From positions 41,641 to 105,640 of the forward strand of contig JBHIAV010000004.1 of NCBI GenBank assembly GCA_046758745.1: a stretch of 64,000 bases of DNA, read 5' to 3'. Made by a program: the position numbers and the translations under genes. The notes under the pieces are model-generated. The model was not told where the DNA came from, ran no database searches, and was given only the letters and a program-made list of their open reading frames with translations. This document shows, one piece after another, positions 19,768-28,737 of the stretch. How positions within the stretch are numbered: the first letter of the stretch is position 1; every line of letters begins with the position of its first letter. The stretch comes from Gemmatimonadota bacterium. GTDB taxonomy: Bacteria; Gemmatimonadota; Gemmatimonadetes; Palauibacterales; Palauibacteraceae.

Positions 19768-20748
19768 CTAGCCGCCGACCTGACTGAGGGCGGCGAGCCC
19801 CCCGCTCCCCTTGGCCGAACCGAGCCGCAGCCAGTGGCGTTCCGGCTTTCCGGCCAGCGCCGTCCGCACCGCATCCAGCACGTTGCCGGTGCGCCGAAGC
19901 GGCGTCTTGAGGTCTACCTGGTGCGACCCGAAGAGACAGGTCCGAAGCTGTCCGTCCGCTGTGAGGCGCATCCGATTGCACCGATCGCAATAGTTGTGGG
20001 AGAGCGGCGTGATCACACCGACCGTCCCCTGGGCTCCATCGAACCGGTAGTAGCGTGCCGGGCCGTTGCCGATCGGCCCGCTCGCCGGCCGCAGATGACC
20101 GATCGCCGCCACGCGCCGGAGCATCTCGTCGGCCGAGACGAAGCTGTCCGTCAAGTGCAGGTTCTCACCGACGGGCATGAGCTCGATGAAGCGAACGTGC
20201 CACGCGCGGCCAATCGTCATCTCCGCGAAATCGGCGAGCTCGTCGTCGTTGATGCCGCGCATCACGACCGTATTGATCTTGATCGGCGCGAAGCGGACGC
20301 GTTCGGCGGCCGCGATCCCTTCCAGCGTAGCATCGAAGAACCTCGCCGGCCGGCGCGCGATCTCCTCGAACCGCCCGCGACGCAGCGTGTCGAGGCTGAT
20401 GTTGACCCGCTGCACGCCGGCCCGCTTGAGATCGTCCGCGAATTGCGGGAGGAGGACGGCGTTCGTCGAGAGGGCGAGATCCTGGATTCCGGATATGGCG
20501 GCCAGGCGCGCGACCAGCTTGGGAAGGTCCCGCCGCACCAGCGGCTCACCGCCCGTGAGCCGGATCCGCTCGAGGCCGAACCCGGCCATCTGCTCGACGA
20601 TGGCCACGATCTCCTCATACGTGAGGAGCTCCGACTTCGGGATCCACTCCAGCCCCTCCTCGGGCATGCAATACGTGCAGCGAAGATTGCACTTGTCGGT
20701 GACCGAGATCCGCAGATAGTTGATCCGTCGGCCGAACTGGTCCCTCAT
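19768..20748 (-). CDS. moaA: GTP 3',8-cyclase
   Basis: LRISVTDKCNLRCTYC, LTGGEP and CDRCNRMR motifs with a C-terminal GG. Start ATG 20748 overlaps the moaE stop. Confidence 0.96.
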   Translation of the reverse strand: MRDQFGRRINYLRISVTDKCNLRCTYCMPEEGLEWIPKSELLTYEEIVAIVEQMAGFGLERIRLTGGEPLVRRDLPKLVARLAAISGIQDLALSTNAVLLPQFADDLKRAGVQRVNISLDTLRRGRFEEIARRPARFFDATLEGIAAAERVRFAPIKINTVVMRGINDDELADFAEMTIGRAWHVRFIELMPVGENLHLTDSFVSADEMLRRVAAIGHLRPASGPIGNGPARYYRFDGAQGTVGVITPLSHNYCDRCNRMRLTADGQLRTCLFGSHQVDLKTPLRRTGNVLDAVRTALAGKPERHWLRLGSAKGSGGLAALSQVGG

Positions 20749-21230
20749 CCCGAGCTCGCTTCCGGGTACGTCCGCGGGGGGCCGGCCTTCCCCCCCTCGA
20801 GCCATCGATCGCTGCCGTTCGCGTAGGTTTCCTTCTTCCACACGGGCAGACGGCGCTTGATCTCCTCGATGATGTACCGTGAGGCCGTGTAGCATTCCCC
20901 CCGATGAGGCGCGGCGACGGCCACGGCAACGCTCACGTCGCCGAGGCCCAGCGTGCCGACCCGGTGGGCCGCCGCCACCCGGCCGATCGGGAAGCGAGCG
21001 ATCGCTTCGGATCCGATCTCCCGCAGCACGGCCTCCGCCATCTCCCGGTAGGCCTCGTAGTGCAGCCGAGTCACCGGCCGACCGTCGTTGACCTCACGCA
21101 CTCGCCCTTCGAAGAGGAGCGCCGCCCCGTCGGCCGTCGAGCCCACCGCGGCGAGCAGCTCCGCGCCGTCAATCGCCTCCTCGCAGACGCGAGCGACCGC
21201 CACTCCCTCGGTCTCGCCGCTGGCGTCCAA
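20745..21230 (-). CDS. moaE: Molybdopterin synthase catalytic subunit
   Basis: LHYEAY, HRVG, APHR and PVWKKE motifs. Confidence 0.94.
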   Translation of the reverse strand: MDASGETEGVAVARVCEEAIDGAELLAAVGSTADGAALLFEGRVREVNDGRPVTRLHYEAYREMAEAVLREIGSEAIARFPIGRVAAAHRVGTLGLGDVSVAVAVAAPHRGECYTASRYIIEEIKRRLPVWKKETYANGSDRWLEGGKAGPPRTYPEASSG

Positions 21231-21232
21231 CC

Positions 21233-21478
21233 TCAGCCACCCGCGACGGGGGGGATGATCGCCACTTCGTCGCCCTCTTGCAGGGGGTGGTCCAGCTCCA
21301 CGTAGCGCAGGTTGACCGCTACGAGCGGCCGGGTCGGGAGCATGCGGAAGCAGGGCTGGCTCCGTAAATGGGTCATCAGGTCCTCGGCCGTGCTGCCGGG
21401 AGGAAGCTCCGCGCTCGCTTCCGACTCACCGCTCAGCTCTCGATACACGCCGAACAGCCGGATCCGAATCGCCGCCAT
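21233..21478 (-). CDS. moaD: Molybdopterin synthase sulfur carrier (MoaD/ThiS ubiquitin-like)
   Basis: 81 aa ending in GDEVAIIPPVAGG; adjacent to moaE. Confidence 0.93.
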   Translation of the reverse strand: MAAIRIRLFGVYRELSGESEASAELPPGSTAEDLMTHLRSQPCFRMLPTRPLVAVNLRYVELDHPLQEGDEVAIIPPVAGG

Positions 21479-21485
21479 ACCTCCC

Positions 21486-21767
21486 TCAACCCGTCTCGGG
21501 TGCCGGCGCGGTACGGATGTACGAAAGAAACTTTCCGATCGCGTCGTCGGGCCGCAGCGTCGATATCCTGACCCGCGTTCGTCCTTGATCGGCGGGGTCC
21601 GGGAAGGCCGACACCGCGATGCGGCTGCGGAACGTGGCGAGCGTCAGGTGAGCTTCGCTCTCCTCCTCAATCGAGGCGGCGTAGACCGAATCCTCTCCCG
21701 TGAAGAATCGCCGCGCCTCTTCGAGCACCGCGGCCGGAGACAGCTCTGTGCTCACCTCGCTCGTCAT
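21486..21767 (-). CDS. Hypothetical protein (93 aa) heading the moaD-E-A operon
   Basis: MTSEVSTELSPAAVLEEARRFF...; ends 7 bp before moaD; GC3-rich codons. Confidence 0.65.
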   Translation of the reverse strand: MTSEVSTELSPAAVLEEARRFFTGEDSVYAASIEEESEAHLTLATFRSRIAVSAFPDPADQGRTRVRISTLRPDDAIGKFLSYIRTAPAPETG

Positions 21768-21790
21768 ATCGTTCTCAGCCCTCGCGTTGC

Positions 21791-21819
21791 TTGACGCTTC
21801 CCGATACCTCGGGTATGAT
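21791..21819 (+). promoter_or_regulatory. sigma70 promoter upstream of the aminotransferase gene
   Basis: TTGACG-N17-TATGAT. Confidence 0.7.
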
Positions 21820-21939
21820 CCCGCCGGCCCCGCGGGACTCCGAAAGCCTACACGCACCGGGAGCCGACTCCCGGTGTGAGCTGCAAGGTATCGCGCCGGC
21901 CGGTGCCCTTCAAATCACTTCACCCAGCGGGAGTCGGGC

Positions 21940-23109
21940 TTGCGCTTCTCTCGAAACGTGGCCGCCCTAGAGCCGTCCGCGACGCTCGCGCTCACGGCTC
22001 GGGCCAGACGGTTAAAGGCGCAAGGGCTCTCGATCATCGACCTGTCGGCGGGCGAGCCTTCCTTCCACACGCCGGAGTTCGCCTCGGCCGCCGCTTCCGA
22101 ATCCATCCGCGCGGGTCGGACCGGCTATCCGCCTACGCAGGGGATCCCCGAGCTGCGCGAGGCCGTCACCCGCTATCTCTCCGACACCACGGCCGCCTCA
22201 CGGACAGGGACCGAAGAGGTGTTGATCAGTGCCGGCGTGAAGCAGGCCCTCTTCAACTGCGCCTACTGCCTCTTCCAGACCGGCGACGCGGTCCTGGTCC
22301 CCACGCCGTCGTGGCCGACCTACCTCCCCCTCGTGCGCCTCACGGGCGCGGACCCGATCGAGGTCCCCACGCGATGGGAGGAAGGCTTCCGCCTCGACCC
22401 CGATCAGCTCGAGCGGCGCCGCGGGGCGAACACGCGAGGGCTGATCCTCAACTCTCCCGGAAATCCGACCGGCGTGGTGTACGAAGCGGGCCTGCTCGCC
22501 GAAATCGCGGCGTGGTGCGAGCGCCACGGGGTGTGGCTCCTCTCCGATGAGATCTACCGTCGGCTCTACTATGCGGGCGACTGGGCTCCCTCCGTGTTCG
22601 ACCTCCAGAACCGCGCGGAGCGTGTCGTGCTATTCGACGGGATCTCCAAGAGCTTCTCGATGCCGGGGTGGCGGATCGGCTTCGCGGCCGGTCCGCGCGA
22701 ACTGATCGGCAAGGCAACCGACCTCCAGAGCCAGACCACCTCGGGCGCGTCCGCCCCCGCTCAGTACGCGGCCGCAGCGGCGTTCGGCGACGTCGACCAG
22801 CGGGAGGAGACGATCCAGGGGTTCCGCCACATTCTGGCGCGCCGGCGGGAGGCCGCGCTCCAAGCGCTCGAAGGGGTCCCGGGGTTGGAAGTGCGGGCAC
22901 CCGAAGGTGCCATTTACCTCTTCGTGAGGCTGACCGGCGGCGAAAAGTCGGCGAGCGTGGCGGAGCAGCTCCTCGTGCAGGCTGGCGTTGCCTGCGTTCC
23001 AGGAGAACCGTTCGGCTCCCCCGGCTTCCTGCGCTTCAGCTTCGCCGCCGACGACCGAGAGATCCGGGAGGGACTCGGCCGCGTCGCCGCGTTCTTTCGC
23101 GCCCGGTGA
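21940..23109 (+). CDS. PLP-dependent aminotransferase class I/II (aspartate aminotransferase-like)
   Basis: GEP, NSPGNPTG, SDEIY and SKSFSMPGWRIG motifs. TTG start with GGGAG SD. Confidence 0.92.
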   Translation: MRFSRNVAALEPSATLALTARARRLKAQGLSIIDLSAGEPSFHTPEFASAAASESIRAGRTGYPPTQGIPELREAVTRYLSDTTAASRTGTEEVLISAGVKQALFNCAYCLFQTGDAVLVPTPSWPTYLPLVRLTGADPIEVPTRWEEGFRLDPDQLERRRGANTRGLILNSPGNPTGVVYEAGLLAEIAAWCERHGVWLLSDEIYRRLYYAGDWAPSVFDLQNRAERVVLFDGISKSFSMPGWRIGFAAGPRELIGKATDLQSQTTSGASAPAQYAAAAAFGDVDQREETIQGFRHILARRREAALQALEGVPGLEVRAPEGAIYLFVRLTGGEKSASVAEQLLVQAGVACVPGEPFGSPGFLRFSFAADDREIREGLGRVAAFFRAR

Positions 23110-23173
23110 GGCCCCCGGAACGCCGGCTCTGGCGCGGGGTGCCCGACCGGATGCGACCTCCTGCCCGCCGTAG

Positions 23174-23464
23174 TTAGTGAACCCTCGTATCGACCTGCAT
23201 CTTGAAGAGGCGCGAGGGCTTGAAGACGGGTACCGCGCGCGACGGGACGTGTACGGAGTCGCCCGTGCGAGGGTTGCGGGCGAGGCGTGGCTTCCTGCGG
23301 CGCACCTTGAAGGTGCCGAACCCCCGGATCTCGATGTGCTGGTCGTTCGCCAGCGCCTGCTTCACGGCGTTCAGGAAGGCATCGATGACCGCCCCACAGT
23401 CCTTCTTGGTGATCCCCGGCCCGATCGCCTGGTACACCTGCTCGACCAGGTCAGCCTTAGTCAT
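23174..23464 (-). CDS. HU/IHF family DNA-binding protein (IHF-beta-like)
   Basis: MTKADLV, IEIRGFGTF, ARNPRTG and FKPS motifs; directly downstream of sppA. Confidence 0.93.
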   Translation of the reverse strand: MTKADLVEQVYQAIGPGITKKDCGAVIDAFLNAVKQALANDQHIEIRGFGTFKVRRRKPRLARNPRTGDSVHVPSRAVPVFKPSRLFKMQVDTRVH

Positions 23465-23500
23465 GAGTCACCCCCTGTGTGCGTGAGATCACCTTCGTCC

Positions 23501-24403
23501 TCACCGCCACTGGTACAGCAGTCGTGGCGTTCCCGCGGGCTGCGGGGCGAGGGCGCGCAGCCAGCCCAGAAGTCTCGACTCGGACAGGCCGGCGATGACA
23601 TCGAAGAGCCCGACTCGCCGCTCCACCGGCCTGACGGTCGTCGGCCGCTCGCCGAGTCCGGCCATCCGGCCGGCGACCCCGATCGCCTCGGGAAGTGTGG
23701 CAAGTCGATCGACCAGTCCGAGTTCGACCGCCCGCTCGCCAGAATAGATCCGGCCGTCGGCCAGCTCGACTACGCTGTCGCGCTCCAGCTTCCGGTTCTC
23801 AGCCACCGCCGTGATGAACTGATTGTACACGTCGTCGACCACACCCTGCAGGATCCGGCGATCCTCTTCGGAGAGAGGCCGGGTCGGAGAGCCGATGTCC
23901 TTGTACTCACCGCTCTTCACGACCTCCCAGCCGAGACCGACCTTGCGGAGCAGCTCCTGGGCCTGGGGGAACTGCATGATCACGCCGATCGACCCGGTGA
24001 TCGAACCCGGCAGAGCGAAGATGCTGTCGGCGGCAAGCGACACGTAGTAGCCGCCGGAGGCCCCGATGTCGCCGATCCACGCAATGATCGGACGCTCGTC
24101 CTCCTCCCGCAGCTTGACGAGCTCCTGGAAGATGCTCTGCGACGCGCCTACCCCGCCCCCAGGCGAGCGGATCTCGAGAACGAACGCCTTCACGGCGTCG
24201 CTGTCGCGGTAGCGCGTCATGGCACGCAGGAAGGCCCGGTCGTTCTCGATGATCCCGACCACGGGGAGAACCGCCACACGCCCGCCCGTGAGCAGGGGAA
24301 TGCCCTCGCCGAGAAGAAGGCGGCCCGCCACGAACGCGCCGCCGCCGAAGATCGTGAGAAGAACGGCGATGCTTAGTAGAGCAATACGCCTCTGACTCGC
24401 CAC
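23501..24403 (-). CDS. sppA: Signal peptide peptidase SppA (36K type)
   Basis: SPGGG, ASGGYY, TGSIGV, KSGEYKD and ADGRIYSG motifs. GTG start at 24403 after GAGG. Confidence 0.93.
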   Translation of the reverse strand: MASQRRIALLSIAVLLTIFGGGAFVAGRLLLGEGIPLLTGGRVAVLPVVGIIENDRAFLRAMTRYRDSDAVKAFVLEIRSPGGGVGASQSIFQELVKLREEDERPIIAWIGDIGASGGYYVSLAADSIFALPGSITGSIGVIMQFPQAQELLRKVGLGWEVVKSGEYKDIGSPTRPLSEEDRRILQGVVDDVYNQFITAVAENRKLERDSVVELADGRIYSGERAVELGLVDRLATLPEAIGVAGRMAGLGERPTTVRPVERRVGLFDVIAGLSESRLLGWLRALAPQPAGTPRLLYQWR

Positions 24404-24487
24404 GGCTGCCTCGGACTGCGCCTCATCGAGCTTCGGATCTCCGGCCCGCCGCGGACCGCTGGCGCGGCGATTCGGTCTTCCATACAA

Positions 24488-24517
24488 AAGCTACTCGGTC
24501 CGGTAGAGGGCTGTCAA
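24488..24517 (-). promoter_or_regulatory. Putative sigma70 promoter for sppA-ihf
   Basis: TTGACA-N18-TAGCTT overlapping the carA stop. Confidence 0.5.
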
Positions 24518-25644
24518 TCGCTTGCCATTGCGCGAGTTAAATGCATCGCTTCGACGAAGCGCTCGAACAGGTAGCGGCTGTCGTGCGGCCCCGGGGCAGA
24601 TTCCGGGTGGTACTGCACCCCGAAGACCGGACGTTCGCGGTGGGCGATGCCCTCGATCGTTCCGTCGTTGAGGTTCCGATGTGTGACCCGGAGCTCCGGG
24701 GCTCCTGCGACCCCTTCCCCCTCTGCGACGACCGCGAAGCCGTGATTCTGCGAGGTGATCTCCACCGCACCCGTGTCCAGGTTGCGCACCGGGTGATTGC
24801 CGCCCCGGTGTCCGTACGGGAGCTTGTACGTTCGTCCCCCGAAGGCCCGGGCGATCACCTGGTGGCCGAGGCAGATCCCGAACACCGGAAGTCCGGCGTC
24901 GCTCAGAGAGCGTACCAGCTCGGCGCCGCCCGGCACCGCCTCCGGGTCACCGGGGCCGTTCGAGACGTAAACCCCGGAAGCGGCCGCTGCGAGGAGCTCT
25001 TTCGCTCGGCAGCATGCCGGGACGACGCGCACGCGATACCCCTCCGCCCGCAGCAGATCCAAGCTCCGCTGCTTGACGCCGAAATCCAGGCAGAGGACGA
25101 GACCGCGCTCCGCGCCGATCGCCTCCAGCTCGTACGGATCCTCCACGGTGACCTTCGACACGAGGTCGCGTCCCCGCATGGGTGGCTCGGCGAGCATATG
25201 GGCCCGGGCCTCTTCGACCGGGACCGAGGCCGGGACGATGACAGCGCGCATGGCGCCGGCCGAGCGGATGTGCCGCGTGATCGCCCGCGTGTCCGCGCCG
25301 GTCAGCGTCGCGATGGCGTGCCGCGCCAGATACTCGCGCAGGGAACCCTCGGCGCGCCAGCCGCTCGTGGCCCGCGAGAGTTCCCGTACGACGAAGCCGG
25401 CGACCCACGGCCGCCGCGATTGGTCGTCGGCTCCGAACACGCCGTAGTTGCCGATCATCGGCGCCGTCATGACGACGATCTGAGCGGCGTACGAGGGGTC
25501 GGTGAGGACCTCCTGGTAACCCGTGAGATTCGTCGTGAAGACGAGTTCACCGGCCACACGCACGGGTGCCCCGGCGAGCGTCCCCTCGAACCGCGCCCCG
25601 TCTTCGAGTAGGAGGTAGGCCTCCGTCGCTTGCGAAAGTGTCAA
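24514..25644 (-). CDS. carA: Carbamoyl-phosphate synthase small subunit
   Basis: GYQEVLTDPSY, SNGPGDP, GICLGHQ, SQNHGF and QYHPE motifs. Confidence 0.96.
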   Translation of the reverse strand: MTLSQATEAYLLLEDGARFEGTLAGAPVRVAGELVFTTNLTGYQEVLTDPSYAAQIVVMTAPMIGNYGVFGADDQSRRPWVAGFVVRELSRATSGWRAEGSLREYLARHAIATLTGADTRAITRHIRSAGAMRAVIVPASVPVEEARAHMLAEPPMRGRDLVSKVTVEDPYELEAIGAERGLVLCLDFGVKQRSLDLLRAEGYRVRVVPACCRAKELLAAAASGVYVSNGPGDPEAVPGGAELVRSLSDAGLPVFGICLGHQVIARAFGGRTYKLPYGHRGGNHPVRNLDTGAVEITSQNHGFAVVAEGEGVAGAPELRVTHRNLNDGTIEGIAHRERPVFGVQYHPESAPGPHDSRYLFERFVEAMHLTRAMASD

Positions 25645-25705
25645 CCGCCTCTTCCAATTGGGGCCGGCCGACGTGCGCGGACCGGCGAAAGCGCGGGAAA
25701 CGACC

Positions 25706-26308
25706 GTGAGTGGATCCCTGGTCTATATCTATGCCGACGAGTCCTGCCTGGGCAACCAGTTACGGGACGAGCTCCGTCCCGGGGGCGCCGCCGGTCTGAT
25801 CGAGAAGTTCGACGCCCGCCGTGGCTGGTACCGCCGCGACTACTGGGCGCACGAACCGAACACCACGAACAACCGGATGGCGCTCCTGTCGGCCATCCTG
25901 GGCCTGTCCGCCTTGCGCCGGCCGTGCGACGTCGTCTTCACCTCCGACAGCCAGTACCTCGTGCGCGGCATGAAGGAGTGGATCCACAGCTGGGCCGAGC
26001 GGGGATGGCGACGCAAGGGGGGGGCGATCGAAAACCTCGACCTTTGGCGCGAGCTCAATCGAGCGGCCAGACGACATCGCGTCGAATGGCGATGGGTTCG
26101 CGGCCACGCGGGTCATCCGAAGAACGAGTACGCGAATTGTCTCGCCGTTCGGGCCGCCAGGGAGGAACGGAGCACCACCGAGGGCCTGCGCCCCTCGCGA
26201 TTCGACGAATGGCTCCAGGAGCGGATCGAGTCCGGGGCCTTCGTCGACTTCCTGGACGTACCGCCGGACGACCCGTTTTGCCCGGACCCACCCCCTCCGG
26301 ATGGCTAG
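25706..26308 (+). CDS. rnhA: Ribonuclease HI (atypical active-site residues)
   Basis: YADESCLGN, TTNNRMAL, TSDSQY, NLDLW and WVRGHAGH...NE motifs. GTG start at 25706. Confidence 0.9.
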   Translation: MSGSLVYIYADESCLGNQLRDELRPGGAAGLIEKFDARRGWYRRDYWAHEPNTTNNRMALLSAILGLSALRRPCDVVFTSDSQYLVRGMKEWIHSWAERGWRRKGGAIENLDLWRELNRAARRHRVEWRWVRGHAGHPKNEYANCLAVRAAREERSTTEGLRPSRFDEWLQERIESGAFVDFLDVPPDDPFCPDPPPPDG

Positions 26309-26676
26309 TTCCCTTCTGGCTCTCCCGAGGGCGCCGACTCCCGCGTCCCGGTCGCCTCGGTCTCCAGCACCGACGCCGGTGCCGCCGGCGCGGTCCGGCC
26401 GAACTCGCTGCGCAGGATCGACTCCGGCGGCGCATTTCCGCGTGAGGAGAGTACGGAGAGCACCAGGGAAAGGAAGAGGAAGAGCCCGCCTCCGATCCAC
26501 GTGAGCTTCGTGAGCAGGGTGGCGGCCTGTCGCCCGCCGATGAAGGAATCCGTGGAGGAGGAAGCGCCTCCGAACGCCGCTGCGAGCCCACCCCCCTTTC
26601 CGGCCTGGAGGAGGATGATCACGCACATGAGCACGGCAAGCATGCTTATGAGAACGACCAGAAAGGTGAACATCAT
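26305..26676 (-). CDS. secG: Preprotein translocase subunit SecG
   Basis: ILLQAGKGGGLAAAFGG...LTKLTW; located downstream of tpiA. Confidence 0.93.
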   Translation of the reverse strand: MMFTFLVVLISMLAVLMCVIILLQAGKGGGLAAAFGGASSSTDSFIGGRQAATLLTKLTWIGGGLFLFLSLVLSVLSSRGNAPPESILRSEFGRTAPAAPASVLETEATGTRESAPSGEPEGN

Positions 26677-26685
26677 GCCCCTTAC

Positions 26686-26723
26686 AAAAAGCGAAAAAGG
26701 CGCGGCCATCCGCGGCCCACGCC
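26686..26723 (-). terminator. Intrinsic terminator-like hairpin with U-tract between tpiA and secG
   Basis: GGCGTGGGCC-gcggat-GGCCGCGCC followed by TTTTTCGCTTTTT. Confidence 0.5.
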
Positions 26724-26758
26724 CACCATCTGAAAGCTAGGCCGGCCCGCCGAGCACG

Positions 26759-27532
26759 TCAACCGGCCCCCCGCCCCGCCTTGCAGATCGCGGCGAAGCC
26801 CTCGGGATCGAGGCTCGCACCTCCGACCAACACGCCGTCGACCCCTTCGGCGGCCAGCAGGGCCGCGATGTTGGCCGGCTTGACGCTTCCCCCGTACAGA
26901 ATGACGGCGCGGGACCCGATCTCCGGCGAGGCGAGACGCCCGATCTCCTCCCGCAGGAAGCGGTGGGCATCCGCCGCGTCCGCCGGCGTCGCCGTGCGCC
27001 CCGTCCCGATCGCCCACACCGGCTCGTACGCGTACACCAAGCTCTCACGCTCGTCCCCATCGAGAGCGGCCAGGACGGCGCCCACCTGCCGTGACAGCAC
27101 CTCCTCCAAACGCCCGGTTTCCCGCTCGTCCAGCGTCTCGCCGACGCACAGGACCGGCTGCAGACCGGCCTCGTAGAGTCGCTTCACCTTGGCGGCTACG
27201 AGGGCGTCGGTGTCGCCGAATTCCCGTCGTCTCTCCGAGTGCCCGGCCAGCCCCCACCGAGCCCCGGCATCCGCCGCCATCTCCGCGGAGATCGCACCCG
27301 TATGCGCCCCGAAGCGTTCCTGATGCACGTCCTGCACGCCGAGCTGCAGATCCGGACGACTGCCCGCGGCATGCCGAAAGGCCGTGAGGCTGATGGAGGG
27401 GGGAAAGAACACGACGCTGCGATCCGGCGCTGGCTCGTGCCGCGCCGCGAAGTCGCGCACGAACGCGGCGGTCCCCGATGGACCCAGGTGCATCTTCCAG
27501 TTGGCGGCGAATACGGGCTGTGAGACGCTCAT
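26759..27532 (-). CDS. tpiA: Triosephosphate isomerase
   Basis: ANWKM, GHSERR, AYEPVWAIGTG, YGGSV and LVGGASL motifs. Confidence 0.97.
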   Translation of the reverse strand: MSVSQPVFAANWKMHLGPSGTAAFVRDFAARHEPAPDRSVVFFPPSISLTAFRHAAGSRPDLQLGVQDVHQERFGAHTGAISAEMAADAGARWGLAGHSERRREFGDTDALVAAKVKRLYEAGLQPVLCVGETLDERETGRLEEVLSRQVGAVLAALDGDERESLVYAYEPVWAIGTGRTATPADAADAHRFLREEIGRLASPEIGSRAVILYGGSVKPANIAALLAAEGVDGVLVGGASLDPEGFAAICKAGRGAG

Positions 27533-28725
27533 GCCTCATCGAGCGCTTCGACCCCCGGCAGGCGGCCACGGGCGAGGTATTCCAGGGAAGCTCCACCTCC
27601 CGTCGAGACGTGGGAGACCGCCTCCGTGAGGCCGGCCTGGTGGATCGCGCTCGCCGAGTCGCCGCCCCCGATCACGGTGAAGGCGCCCCGCGCAGTCGCG
27701 TCGGCTACGGCTCGGGCGAACGCTCGAGTGCCTCCCGCGAATTCCTCCCGCTCGAACAGCCCCATCGGCCCGTTCCAGAAGACGGTGCGCGCCCCGTTCA
27801 CCACCTCGGAGTACGCCTCTCGCGTCGCCGGGCCGATGTCGAGCGCGGCGAGGTCGGGGGGCACCCCGCCCGCCGAAACGACGCCGGCCGCCACGCCCGC
27901 GTTCGAGGGATCTCCGACGACGAAGTCGGTGGGGAGACGCAGCTTCCCCTTCCAGCGGGCGGCCAGACCGCTCGCCGCTTCCAGGGCTCCGTCTTCGACC
28001 AGCGAGGCACCCATTCCGGCCCCGCCGGCCGCCAGGAACGTGTTGGCCATCGCACCGCCGATGAGGACTGCGTCCGCCCTACGGGCGAACGCTTCCAGAA
28101 GCTCGATCTTGTCGCTGATCTTGGCGCCGCCGAACGCGACCACGAACGGACGCTCCACCTCGACCCGCAGGGCGCCGAGGGCGCGCAGCTCCACCTCGAC
28201 CAGGAAGCCCGCGACGGCGGGGCGAAGGAAGCGGGTCACGCCGACGACGGATGCGTGGGCACGGTGGGTGGTCCCGAATGCGTCGTTGACGAACAGCTCT
28301 CCGAGGCGGGCGAAGCGGCTGGAGAGGGACTCGTCGTTCTTCGTCTCACCGGGGAGAAAGCGGGTGTTCTCGAGCAAGAGCACGGAGCCATCGGGGAGCC
28401 GTCGGCTCGCCTCCTCGGCCGTCTCCGAGTCCGCCGGTCCTACGAAGTCGACGGCGGTCCCTAGGAGCTCCGCCAGAACGCGGCCGACCGGGGCCAGGGA
28501 GTAGCGTGGGTCGGGCGCTCCCTTCGGGCGACCGAGGTGCGAAAGGAGCACCGGACGGGCTCCTTTCTCCACAAGATGGCGAAGAGTGGGCAGCGTCGCC
28601 GCCACGCGGCTCGCGTCCTGCACGGACCCGTCCGGGCCGAGAGGGACGTTGTAATCGACGCGGACCAGCGCCCTGCGGCCCCGAAGCTCGGCGTCGGAGA
28701 GGTCCCGGAGAGAACGCTTCCTCAC
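27529..28725 (-). CDS. pgk: Phosphoglycerate kinase
   Basis: RVDYNVP, SHLGRP, NDAFGTTHR, WNGPMG and STGGGASLE motifs. Confidence 0.97.
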   Translation of the reverse strand: MRKRSLRDLSDAELRGRRALVRVDYNVPLGPDGSVQDASRVAATLPTLRHLVEKGARPVLLSHLGRPKGAPDPRYSLAPVGRVLAELLGTAVDFVGPADSETAEEASRRLPDGSVLLLENTRFLPGETKNDESLSSRFARLGELFVNDAFGTTHRAHASVVGVTRFLRPAVAGFLVEVELRALGALRVEVERPFVVAFGGAKISDKIELLEAFARRADAVLIGGAMANTFLAAGGAGMGASLVEDGALEAASGLAARWKGKLRLPTDFVVGDPSNAGVAAGVVSAGGVPPDLAALDIGPATREAYSEVVNGARTVFWNGPMGLFEREEFAGGTRAFARAVADATARGAFTVIGGGDSASAIHQAGLTEAVSHVSTGGGASLEYLARGRLPGVEALDEA

Positions 28726-28737
28726 GAAAGCCCTGGC

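Noticed and set aside
26200..26310. tRNA-Leu that often follows secG
   Set aside because: The secG stop overlaps the convergent rnhA stop, leaving no room, and no tRNA motifs are present.
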